Of a stretch of 64,000 nucleotides of DNA, positions 51,307 through 60,470 are shown piece after piece. The first letter of the stretch is position 1. Every line of letters begins with the position of its first letter. The notes beneath the pieces are model-generated. The model did no database searches. It was not told the DNA's origin and worked only from the letters and a program-made list of their open reading frames with translations. The position numbers and the translations under genes are program-made. The DNA comes from an uncultured cyanobacterium (lineage in GTDB: Bacteria > Cyanobacteriota > Cyanobacteriia > Pseudanabaenales > Pseudanabaenaceae), in assembly GCA_963703315.1 (NCBI GenBank), contig OY969811.1, positions 2,624,001-2,688,000 on the forward strand. The letters are read 5' to 3'.

Positions 51307-54009
51307 ATGAGTCGCTCGCATTGGTTAAAACGTTTGTCAAGTGTCATACACAATGCGAGTTTTAGTGCAATTACTATAACTCTAGTATTTGTTTCAATAT
51401 TCGTATTGAGCATTGCAGTTTTTTCGCCAACTCCTGTCATATCTTCAGCAAAACTAGGACAGGAATTATCAGACTCCTCCAATATCATTAATCTTAGCGA
51501 TCGCCAAGAATTTTATAACCTAAACAGGAATTTAAGATTTTTAGAAGACAAAAACAAGAACTTTACCATAGAGCAAGTTAGTAGTCCCGAATTTAGTCAG
51601 CAATTTCAACCTAGCAAAATTGATCCGCCTAACTTTGGTTACACCTCGTCAGCCTATTGGGCAAGATTGCAGGTGCAAAACCCAAGCGATCGCGATATAG
51701 CATGGATTCTCTCCGTCGAACATCCACATCTTGACCATATTTCGCTTTACTTGACTGATGCTCAAGACAAATGGACAGTTAAAACGACAGGGGTACTATA
51801 TCCATTTTCTTCACGGGAAATTCGCGATCGCCTTCCTGCATTTCATATTAATGTTGCGGCTCAAACCAGTCAAAATATTTATTTACGCTTTCAAAGCGAA
51901 ACTCCGATCATTGCCAAAGTCTGCTTGCGAAGTCCGACTAACTTCTGGCAATACCGCACCGATCAAAATATCTGGCTGGGATTGATGATCGGAATTTTAG
52001 CATTTGCAATTCTTTACAATCTGTTTTTATTTGCAGTCTTAAAGGAACAAGTTTATCTGTGTTATAGCCTATTCGTGTTTGGAATATTATTAGCTTCTAT
52101 TAGTTACGATGGAATTGGCAAGCAATATCTATGGCAAGACTGGATTTGGTGGAGTAAATATTCTTCTGCAATTATGCTACTTATTGGCTTAACCAGCCTT
52201 CTAGAGGCAGCTAGCCTATTTTTGGAAGTTCAAACTCAACACCCAAAATGGCATTACCTTTTGCGCGTCCATCAAGTATTGCTAATAATGATATGTTTTG
52301 GCTTTTTGGTATTACCCTACAAATTAGTATCGATAACCGCAATAATCATAAGTATCTCTAGCTGTAGTTTGGCATTTATTTTAGGAATCATCTCTCATTT
52401 AAGAGGCTATAAACCTGCTCTCTACTATTTACTGTCATTCTCTAGTTTTTTGCTAGGAGTTATGACCTATTTATTATCAATAATTGCAATCATTCCTCCC
52501 TATGAATGGATTAAAGATATCTATCGCATCGGTATGGTTGCGTTTGTGATTTTCTTGTCCTTAGTCCTAGCAGATCGGATTAACTTTTTAAAATTAGAAA
52601 AATTTCAAGAGCAACGGCTCGCGCTCAAGGAAAAAGACGGACTTAATCAAAGCTTACAGCGATCGCAAGAGCAGTTATTAGAGAGAGAAAAACAACTGGA
52701 ATATGATGTGCTTCATGATGCCCTTACAGGTTTAGCAAACCGTACTTGGCTAACGCAGCGTTTGCAAGACTTGCTGCAACAACAGGAGAAGTTTGCGATT
52801 CTTTTTATCGATCTTGATCGGTTTAAAGTGATCAACGATAGTTTAGGACATCTCGTTGGCGATGAATTACTTAGACACGCTACTAGACGGATGCAGTTGA
52901 TTTTGCCAGAGTTCGGTACATTAACCAGATTTGGTGGCGATGAATTTGTGATCTTGATGGAGGAATATATCGATCTTGAAAGTCTGACCGAACTTGCAGA
53001 TCTGCTGCAAATGCAGTTACAACTACCTTTCAATCTCCACAATTATGAACTCTTTATTAGTGCCAGTTTAGGAATTACCTTAGCCACTGAAGAATATACG
53101 CAACCCGATGAAATGTTGAGGGATGCTGATCTAGCGATGTATCAGGCAAAGCATAAGGGTAGAGGACGCTATGAGCTATTTACTCAAAGCGATCGCACTG
53201 CGGCAATGACTAGATTAAATCTAGAACGTGATCTCCGCCGTGCCTTAGACAAACATGAATTCTATTTAATGTATCAACCGATTGTGTCTCTGCAAACGCA
53301 GCAACTCTGTGGATTTGAAGCCCTTGTGCGCTGGGAAAATAGTGCAGGTAAGCATATCCCTCCCAATGAATTTATTCCCATCACTGAAGAAACAGGCTTA
53401 ATTAATTCGCTAGGTTGGTGGATTATGCACGAAGCTTGTCAGCAAATACAAATCTGGAATCAGCAATTAAATAATCTAAATAATACGAATTTATCGATCA
53501 ATGTAAATGTATCGCCGATCCAACTACGTCAATTTGATTTTGTGAAAACTCTCCAGCGCATATTGATAGAAACTGGTTTACCAAATCATTGTCTCAAGCT
53601 GGAAATTACCGAAAGCTGTCTACTCGAAAATATCGACTCCGATACCAATCTGCTACAGGATCTCAAAGACTTGGGTATCAAATTATGTATCGATGACTTT
53701 GGAACTGGCTATTCTTCTCTAAGTCGCTTGCATGAGTTACCCATCGATACTCTCAAAATCGATCAGTCCTTTGTTAATCGCATCGGTTCAGACTTAGATA
53801 GTACCGTCATCATCGAGACGATTATCTCCCTATCGCAAAGCTTAAATATGTATACTGTCGCTGAGGGGATCGAGACGCGATCGCAACTAGACAAATTAAT
53901 CACACTCGGTTGTAATTCTGGTCAGGGCTATCTTTTCTCTAGACCATGCGATCTGGCTACCGCTTCTAAACTTTTGCAAAGCGGGTTGATATGTGCGATC
54001 GATTGTTGA
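51307..54009 (+). CDS. 7TMR-DISM sensor GGDEF/EAL protein
   Basis: NFGYTSSAYW (DISMED2), 7 TM segments, RFGGDEF, FEALVRW and DDFGTGYSSL; both catalytic motifs intact. Confidence 0.9.
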   Translation: MSRSHWLKRLSSVIHNASFSAITITLVFVSIFVLSIAVFSPTPVISSAKLGQELSDSSNIINLSDRQEFYNLNRNLRFLEDKNKNFTIEQVSSPEFSQQFQPSKIDPPNFGYTSSAYWARLQVQNPSDRDIAWILSVEHPHLDHISLYLTDAQDKWTVKTTGVLYPFSSREIRDRLPAFHINVAAQTSQNIYLRFQSETPIIAKVCLRSPTNFWQYRTDQNIWLGLMIGILAFAILYNLFLFAVLKEQVYLCYSLFVFGILLASISYDGIGKQYLWQDWIWWSKYSSAIMLLIGLTSLLEAASLFLEVQTQHPKWHYLLRVHQVLLIMICFGFLVLPYKLVSITAIIISISSCSLAFILGIISHLRGYKPALYYLLSFSSFLLGVMTYLLSIIAIIPPYEWIKDIYRIGMVAFVIFLSLVLADRINFLKLEKFQEQRLALKEKDGLNQSLQRSQEQLLEREKQLEYDVLHDALTGLANRTWLTQRLQDLLQQQEKFAILFIDLDRFKVINDSLGHLVGDELLRHATRRMQLILPEFGTLTRFGGDEFVILMEEYIDLESLTELADLLQMQLQLPFNLHNYELFISASLGITLATEEYTQPDEMLRDADLAMYQAKHKGRGRYELFTQSDRTAAMTRLNLERDLRRALDKHEFYLMYQPIVSLQTQQLCGFEALVRWENSAGKHIPPNEFIPITEETGLINSLGWWIMHEACQQIQIWNQQLNNLNNTNLSINVNVSPIQLRQFDFVKTLQRILIETGLPNHCLKLEITESCLLENIDSDTNLLQDLKDLGIKLCIDDFGTGYSSLSRLHELPIDTLKIDQSFVNRIGSDLDSTVIIETIISLSQSLNMYTVAEGIETRSQLDKLITLGCNSGQGYLFSRPCDLATASKLLQSGLICAIDC

Positions 54010-54370
54010 AGATTCTGTTGGTGTTCTATAGCAAAGTAAGAGTTGGTTAGTACAAATAAAAAAACAAGAAGCGAGTTACGGAGCGCCGCGCCGCAACTCG
54101 CTTCTTGTTTTTTTGTATAGCAAAGCTTTTTTGCTATACAAAAAACTATTGTAAAAAGTAAGATTTATGCGTAGACTTGAAAAAGCTTATAATCTCTTTT
54201 GAGGAATAGAGTTTAGCTTCTTTTGTTGTTTTTTCTTTGCAACATTAGTGTAGCCAATTGTTTGAGATAAATTTGTAAATTAGCGCATAAACCTAAACGT
54301 GGGATATTAAGGATCTAAAGCAAGTCCTAGTTTTTTGAACCTTCCCCTCATCTTAACCATATCATAACCT

Positions 54371-55279
54371 ATGAAACGGCGCAAACTTTTTTTCTACTCT
54401 CTGCTTTTATTTGGATTTGGTTGCGCCAATATTCCACAACCAAATCAAACTATTTCACAAGATACGACCTCTTCTAGCATTAAGAGACCGCAAAAACTAC
54501 GCTTTGCCGTCTCTGATGTAAAGGGAATAGAAGACCTCAAAAAAGATTACGAAACCTTGCGATCGCTTTTAGAAAAGATTCTGGAACTGCCAGTTGAGTT
54601 TTTTCCCGTAGATAGCTATATTGCGGCGGCGGCAGCACTGCAACAGGATCAAGTCGATCTAGTTTTTACTGGACCTTCTGAATATGTGGTCATGCGGGCG
54701 CGCACAAATGCTTTGTTGATTGGTGGCATTCAGCGCGATCGTTACTATCCAGTTTTTGTCACACGAGACAATAGCGAACTAAAGACCATCAAGGATTTGA
54801 AAGGCAAGAAAATAGCCATGTGGGAAGTTGGCTCGACCAGTGGATATCTAGGACCTATTAAATTACTGATTGATGCTGGCATCGATCCTAAAACTGATGT
54901 CAAAATTGAGTTGCTAGGTAAAAAAGGACTACCTGCCCTAAAAGATAGTGAAGTAGATGTTTGGGCAGGTTCTATCCGTCGCTATGACACATTTTTAGAG
55001 AAAGAAAAAGCCGTAGAAAGTAAATTCCCGATTCTTGCTCAAGGCTCAGCTTTTCCTCCCGATCCATTTGTAGTAAATAGCAAACTAGATGCGGGCTGGG
55101 TAAAAGAAATGCAACAAAAATTGTTTCAAAATCAAGAGCAGGTTTTAAAAGCGATCGTAGCAGCAGACGGCGACAAATTTACCAAAGCCAAATTAGTGGA
55201 AGTTAAAGACTCTGACTATGAGGTAATTCGTGATGCCTATAGAGCGATTGGACAAGGTTCATTTATACAAAAAAATTAG
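54371..55279 (+). CDS. PhnD-like phosphate/phosphonate-type substrate-binding lipoprotein
   Basis: Lipobox FGC; FTGPSEY, DLKGKKIA and GSTSG motifs. Confidence 0.82.
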   Translation: MKRRKLFFYSLLLFGFGCANIPQPNQTISQDTTSSSIKRPQKLRFAVSDVKGIEDLKKDYETLRSLLEKILELPVEFFPVDSYIAAAAALQQDQVDLVFTGPSEYVVMRARTNALLIGGIQRDRYYPVFVTRDNSELKTIKDLKGKKIAMWEVGSTSGYLGPIKLLIDAGIDPKTDVKIELLGKKGLPALKDSEVDVWAGSIRRYDTFLEKEKAVESKFPILAQGSAFPPDPFVVNSKLDAGWVKEMQQKLFQNQEQVLKAIVAADGDKFTKAKLVEVKDSDYEVIRDAYRAIGQGSFIQKN

Positions 55280-55318
55280 ATGAAACCATCAATAAAAATA
55301 AGTATATAGAACTAAATC

Positions 55319-57154
55319 ATGAGTCATTCTCTCTCAAATAACACTGATAATCTTTCTCCAACTTTACTTGAGAATGATCAAACCAAGCATCACTCTGCTT
55401 TTAGTAATTGGTGGCAACAACGCATTTTAAGCTTGAGTACTTCTCAAAAAATTGCCTATGGATATGGAATCGCAATTGGTATTTCAGTCATAGGAACAAC
55501 AATTGGACTAGTTGTCGGTGACCATTACCATCATCAGGCAGGGAAACAAGCAGAGATCGCTCAGAAACAAAAAGATTTGCTTACTCAATTAGATAGGGAA
55601 GTTTTAGCCCTACGATCTCACCCTCAACGACTAATGAGAGTGTTTGGTGATGCGATTTGGTTTGATTTTGAGCGGTCTAGCTTTCTGGGGTATGTTAGCC
55701 GCATCAAAGCCCTTTCATCCGAGCTTAATGCCTTTATTTCATTGCATCCTCGTAATCTAGCGGTAGAGGCTCCCGAATTGCAAAATCTAGCCCAGAATTA
55801 CATCACAAGTACATCGGACTATACGACATGGATAGAATCTTTTTGGCGACAAGTCAATCCCGGAAACCTGCGACCCCAAGAGATTCAAACTGCTCAACAG
55901 AACTTACTCCAATCTATGCGGACGCAAACAGCCCTTGCAGTAGAGGTAAAGTTTGAACGCTTAGCTGAAGATCTCAGCCGCATTATTCAGATTGCTCAAG
56001 CTCAACAAAATCAAGCGGAAAAGCAACTTGAATCGTCTGAGGTATTACGAATGCAAATACTAATAGTGAGTATGTTAGTATCAATTTTAATTGCTACAGC
56101 ACTTGCTTGGTATACTAGTCGCGCGATCGCCAAACCCATTGAAGCCACAACCCAAATCGCCCAACGTGTTACTCAAGAATCTCGTTTCGATCTACAAGTG
56201 CTTGTAACCTCAAAAGATGAAGTTGGTTTACTAGCCGTGTCACTCAATCAATTAATTACTTGGGTAGGTAAATACACGCAAGAATTGCAAAACAAAAACA
56301 ATGAATTAGCTACTGCTCTCAAGCAAGTGAAAATCATCCAAAAACAGATGGTTGTGCAGGAAAAGCTAGCTTCTTTAGGTAACTTAACCGCAGGTATTGC
56401 CCATGAAATTAGAAATCCATTAAACTTTATTAACAATTTTGCCGACCTTTCTAAAGAACTTACCCAAGAACTGAAGACAGTCATAGATCAAAATCAACCT
56501 AAACTAAGTGCTGAGGATTTTGCCTATCTTCAAGAACTGTTAACCGATCTAGAGCAAAACGTGACTATCATCAATCATCACGGACAAAGAGCCGAAAGTA
56601 TTGTTAGTAATATGCTGTTGCATTCTAGCGGTGGGGAAGGAAAGCGAGAAGCCACAGATATTAATAAATTACTGGCTGAATCAGTTAATCTTTCTTATCA
56701 CGGAATGCGAGCTAAGGATACCACTTTCAATGTCAAGATTGAAAGCAATTATGACGATATGATTGGTTTTATAGAAATAATTCCACAGGATTTAAATCGT
56801 GTATTTCTGAATATTATTAATAATGCTTGTTATGCAGTTCATCAAAAGCAGATCCAATCAAATGAAACCTTTTCGCCTTTATTACGCATCCAAACTAAAA
56901 ACTTAGATCAGCAGATAGAAATTCGGATTTATGATAATGGTGGAGGTGTACCTTCTAGCGTGATGGAGAAAATTTTTAATCCGTTCTTTACTACCAAACC
57001 TCCGGGCGAAGGAACGGGATTAGGTTTATCCTTAAGTCATGATATTGTCGTGCAGAAGCATCAGGGAGAAATAAAGATAGAAACCCAAGAAGGTAGTTAT
57101 ACAGAATTTATAATTATACTTCCAAAAACATTAAATACATTAGTTATAGATTAA
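55319..57154 (+). CDS. HAMP domain sensor histidine kinase
   Basis: Two TM helices, [23 protein letters not shown] and GTGLGLS motifs. Confidence 0.92.
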   Translation: MSHSLSNNTDNLSPTLLENDQTKHHSAFSNWWQQRILSLSTSQKIAYGYGIAIGISVIGTTIGLVVGDHYHHQAGKQAEIAQKQKDLLTQLDREVLALRSHPQRLMRVFGDAIWFDFERSSFLGYVSRIKALSSELNAFISLHPRNLAVEAPELQNLAQNYITSTSDYTTWIESFWRQVNPGNLRPQEIQTAQQNLLQSMRTQTALAVEVKFERLAEDLSRIIQIAQAQQNQAEKQLESSEVLRMQILIVSMLVSILIATALAWYTSRAIAKPIEATTQIAQRVTQESRFDLQVLVTSKDEVGLLAVSLNQLITWVGKYTQELQNKNNELATALKQVKIIQKQMVVQEKLASLGNLTAGIAHEIRNPLNFINNFADLSKELTQELKTVIDQNQPKLSAEDFAYLQELLTDLEQNVTIINHHGQRAESIVSNMLLHSSGGEGKREATDINKLLAESVNLSYHGMRAKDTTFNVKIESNYDDMIGFIEIIPQDLNRVFLNIINNACYAVHQKQIQSNETFSPLLRIQTKNLDQQIEIRIYDNGGGVPSSVMEKIFNPFFTTKPPGEGTGLGLSLSHDIVVQKHQGEIKIETQEGSYTEFIIILPKTLNTLVID

Positions 57155-57179
57155 ACTATGGATTTTGGAGAAAAGTCTG

Positions 57180-57551
57180 ATGAAAATCATGGTGATTGAT
57201 GATGAGAAAGATATTGAACCATTGTTTAAGCAAAAGTTTAGAAAAGAAATAAGAGCAGGACAGATAGAATTATTATTTAAGTTTTCGGCTGAATCTGCTC
57301 TAGAATACTTACGAAGTGAAGTTACTCCTTCAGTTGTGATGATCTTATCTGACATCAATATGCCTGGAATGAATGGACTAGAGCTTTTAAAAGTGATTAA
57401 ACAGGAATTTGCCACCTTAAAGGTAGTGATGATTACGGCTTATACAGATGAACATAACTATCAAACTGCGATCGCTAATGGAGCTGACGACTTTATTAGT
57501 AAACCTCTTAACTTTGAACATCTCAAAGCAAAAATTATACTTAATTTGTAG
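57180..57551 (+). CDS. Single-domain response regulator
   Basis: IDDE, SDINMPGMNG, ITAY and KP motifs; GGAG RBS before ATG 57180. Confidence 0.9.
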   Translation: MKIMVIDDEKDIEPLFKQKFRKEIRAGQIELLFKFSAESALEYLRSEVTPSVVMILSDINMPGMNGLELLKVIKQEFATLKVVMITAYTDEHNYQTAIANGADDFISKPLNFEHLKAKIILNL

Positions 57552-57663
57552 TTTTTATCATTAAATATATCTAGTAGAAGCATGGTAGGTATATTTAAAT
57601 CTTAGTTTAAAATCTGAAATCTAAAATAGTATACCTACTACCTAAGCAATCAAGTCCAAATTT

Positions 57664-58968
57664 ATGCCAGCTAAAGTTTTATTTGTAGATGATGAGCCTG
57701 ATATGGAAACTTTAATTTCTCAGAGATTGAGAAAAAAAACGCGATCAGGAGAATTAGAATTGGTTTTCGCTCAACATGGCAAGCTGGCATTGGAAGTATT
57801 ACAAAAACATCCTGATGTTGATGTGGTGATGACTGATCTCAATATGCCTGTGATGGATGGTTTGGCTTTGCTGGCTGAACTTAAAGCAAATTATCCTTTA
57901 CTAGCCACCATCGTTATATCTGCCTATAGCGATATGAAAAACATCAGAACAGCTATGAATTGCGGCGCGTTTGATTTTCTCACTAAGCCTATCGAATCAC
58001 AAGATTTGGAGTTAACGTTAGAACGCTCTTTATCCTATGTGGCAAAATCTAAAGCTGACTTACAGATTAAACAAATGCAGGAAGCAGAGCTAAGAAAATC
58101 AGAAGCCTACGCCAAAGAGAAAGCACTGCAATTATCTCAAACATTAGAGCAACTGGAACAAACGCAATTGCAGCTAGTCCAAAATGAAAAAATGTCTGTA
58201 TTAGGGCAAATGATTGCAGGAGTTGCCCATGAGATGAATAATCCGATTAATTTCTTATCGGGAAATTTAAAGTATATTCGTGAGTATGCCCAAGATTTAG
58301 TTAATCTGATTAAACTTTATCAGCAAAGTTATCCCGAACCAACTGAAATAATTAAAGCGACTATTGAGAAGATCGAGTTGGATTTTTTGATGCAAGACTT
58401 GCTAAAAACAACTGATTCTATGCAAGTAGGATCGGAACGAATTCAACGATTAGTTGTCTCATTACGCAATTTTTCGCGATTGGATGACTCATTAGTTAAT
58501 GATATAGATTTACATGAGGGAATTGAGAGCACTTTGCTAATTATAAGTAATAGAATTAAACAAGGAATTTCTATTTCCAAGCAGTATGGTACATTACCTA
58601 AAATTGAGTGTTATCCATCTCAACTCAATCAAGTATTTATGAATCTTTTAGGGAATGCAATTGATGCACTGTTAAGTCAGCCTAGGGAATCTGAAAAAAT
58701 AATTGTGATTCGTACAGAAGTTAATAATGAACAGGTGTCTATTTGTATTTGTGATAATGGTCCAGGTATTCCTAGTGAGAATAAAGATAAAATCTTTCAG
58801 CCTTTCTTTACTACGAAATCAGTGGGACAAGGTACTGGACTAGGATTACCAATTTGTCGCCAAATTATTGAAAAACATCAAGGTACTTTAGAGATGATAT
58901 CTGAACCTAATGAAGGGACAGAATTTGTGATTACGTTACCTATAAAGTTTAATAAACAAATTAACTAA
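57664..58968 (+). CDS. REC-histidine kinase hybrid
   Basis: VDDE, TDLNMP, AHEMNNP and GTGLGL motifs. Confidence 0.92.
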   Translation: MPAKVLFVDDEPDMETLISQRLRKKTRSGELELVFAQHGKLALEVLQKHPDVDVVMTDLNMPVMDGLALLAELKANYPLLATIVISAYSDMKNIRTAMNCGAFDFLTKPIESQDLELTLERSLSYVAKSKADLQIKQMQEAELRKSEAYAKEKALQLSQTLEQLEQTQLQLVQNEKMSVLGQMIAGVAHEMNNPINFLSGNLKYIREYAQDLVNLIKLYQQSYPEPTEIIKATIEKIELDFLMQDLLKTTDSMQVGSERIQRLVVSLRNFSRLDDSLVNDIDLHEGIESTLLIISNRIKQGISISKQYGTLPKIECYPSQLNQVFMNLLGNAIDALLSQPRESEKIIVIRTEVNNEQVSICICDNGPGIPSENKDKIFQPFFTTKSVGQGTGLGLPICRQIIEKHQGTLEMISEPNEGTEFVITLPIKFNKQIN

Positions 58969-59027
58969 GGAATGGTCGTAATTGGGTGGACTTACCTAAA
59001 GACCTAGCACCATACTCCCCAGTATTA
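58965..59027 (+). pseudogene. Short IS5-family transposase remnant
   Basis: Translates LRNGRNWVDLPKDLAPYSPV, matching the G..W..LP.DLPP.STV motif of IS5-type transposases. Confidence 0.6.
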
Positions 59028-59043
59028 AGAACCTCTAGCGGCG

Positions 59044-59215
59044 TGGAACCCGATACGCTTTTGCAAGATGGTGATGAAGTGGCTTTAATTCCGCCAGTTA
59101 TACCAAAACTAAAAATGGCGTAGCCATTTTTAGTTTTGAAAACCCTTACTAGGTTTGGTTTTTAGTTCACAAAAGTGTTGTCACACTTTCGTGAATTGAT
59201 ATTAGTGGGGGATGA
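59044..59215 (+). pseudogene. MoaD/ThiS C-terminal remnant interrupted by a 101-bp insertion
   Basis: Removing 59101-59204 restores VEPDTLLQDGDEVALIPPVSGG*. Confidence 0.85.
59101..59201. mobile_element. 101-bp non-autonomous palindromic element with 3-bp TTA target-site duplication
   Basis: TTA at 59098-59100 and 59202-59204; ends TACCAA / TTGATA; internal hairpins shared with 29393-29452 and 1970-2005. Confidence 0.8.
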
Positions 59216-59315
59216 CAATAATTTAGTCTGTTACTCTACAGCAAACTGAACCATCTATTTCATAGCTATACGGAATCCCGAGTAAAAAAATAAGTTATCG
59301 CTTAGCATAGTCAAC

Positions 59316-59414
59316 TATAGCTGTCGCCAGTCTTGTTAGGACATAAAAGACGAGGGGCGGCGCTTGGCTCCGACACTCATTTCTTGGGTTCTGATTTGAC
59401 GAGCTAAAGCTATA
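59316..59414. mobile_element. Degenerate copy of the TATAGCT-ended MITE-like element
   Basis: tatagctgtcgccagtcttgttaggacataaaa is close to the reverse complement of the right end of 26155-26269. Confidence 0.65.
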
Positions 59415-59503
59415 AGGCGAATTTTAACTTGGATATTTTGATACACTGGGGATCGGTTGTCAGCGTAAAATCAAAATCTCTGTCGCTGTGGAATCGGCAA
59501 AAT

Positions 59504-60394
59504 ATGCAAATCGATCAATGCTATAAACTCTTCGGTTTGACATCTAATGCGACTTTAGAAGATGTCAACAAAGCTTACAAAGCTTTAGCTCTGCAATGGC
59601 ATCCCGATCGCATTCCTAGAGAAAATGTGCAACTCCAACTGCAAGCGCAAGAAAAACTCAAAGAAATTAATCACGCCAGAGATAGCTTACGCAAGGCGGC
59701 TGAAGACAACGAATCACGCCGACAAACCAAGTCTACCTATCAAAGTTCTCACAGTTCCCATCAAAATTCCCATCAAAATCCTCGCCAATATCATCACCAC
59801 CAAACTCGATATCAAAGTAGGTATCAGAGCGCAAGCACATCTCAATCGCAACAACAAACTTCTCAACAAACCTCTGAAAGCTACCGTTCACAACAATCTC
59901 AATCTCAATCCCAGTCCCAGTCCTATCAGTCTTACCAGTCGCGTCAGCAATCTAGTAAACAACCAAATTATCAGCCCGATCCCTACAGAACACCACAACA
60001 TGCTAGTCAAGCTTCTACACAGCCCCAAAAGCCTGATCTGAGTGGCTCAGACTTTCAGGGAGCTAATCTCCGCGAAAAGTATCTAGAAGGGCGTAATCTG
60101 AGCTATGCCAATCTCAGTAATGCTGACCTGACCGATGCTTTTTTGCATCGTATTAATTTGCAAGGGGCAAATCTCCAAGGGGCAAACCTATTTCGGGCGA
60201 ATCTATTTCAGGCAAATTTGCAAAATGCAGATCTGCGCGGAGCTAATTTGATTGGGGCGGATTTAAGTGGGGCAGATTTAAGTGGGGCAAATTTAGAGGG
60301 TGCAAAGGTGGGGTTTGGAGAAAAAATTATGGTTAAGCTTACCAATGTCAACTTGACAGGGGCAACAATGCCTAATGGCTCCATGTACCATTAA
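59504..60394 (+). CDS. J-domain protein with Q/S-rich linker and pentapeptide repeats
   Basis: AYKALALQWHPD...LKEINHA; A(D/N)LxG repeats at the C-terminus. Start set at ATG 59504. Confidence 0.88.
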   Translation: MQIDQCYKLFGLTSNATLEDVNKAYKALALQWHPDRIPRENVQLQLQAQEKLKEINHARDSLRKAAEDNESRRQTKSTYQSSHSSHQNSHQNPRQYHHHQTRYQSRYQSASTSQSQQQTSQQTSESYRSQQSQSQSQSQSYQSYQSRQQSSKQPNYQPDPYRTPQHASQASTQPQKPDLSGSDFQGANLREKYLEGRNLSYANLSNADLTDAFLHRINLQGANLQGANLFRANLFQANLQNADLRGANLIGADLSGADLSGANLEGAKVGFGEKIMVKLTNVNLTGATMPNGSMYH

Positions 60395-60470
60395 TACCAA
60401 AAACGGCTACGCCGTTTTTGGTATGGTTTTCAAGAATAGGAATGGCGGCGTGAAACGCCGCCATTCCTAT

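Noticed and set aside
59625..60041. 138-aa N/K/I-rich overlapping ORF
   Set aside because: Alternative frame of the low-complexity linker of the J-domain gene.
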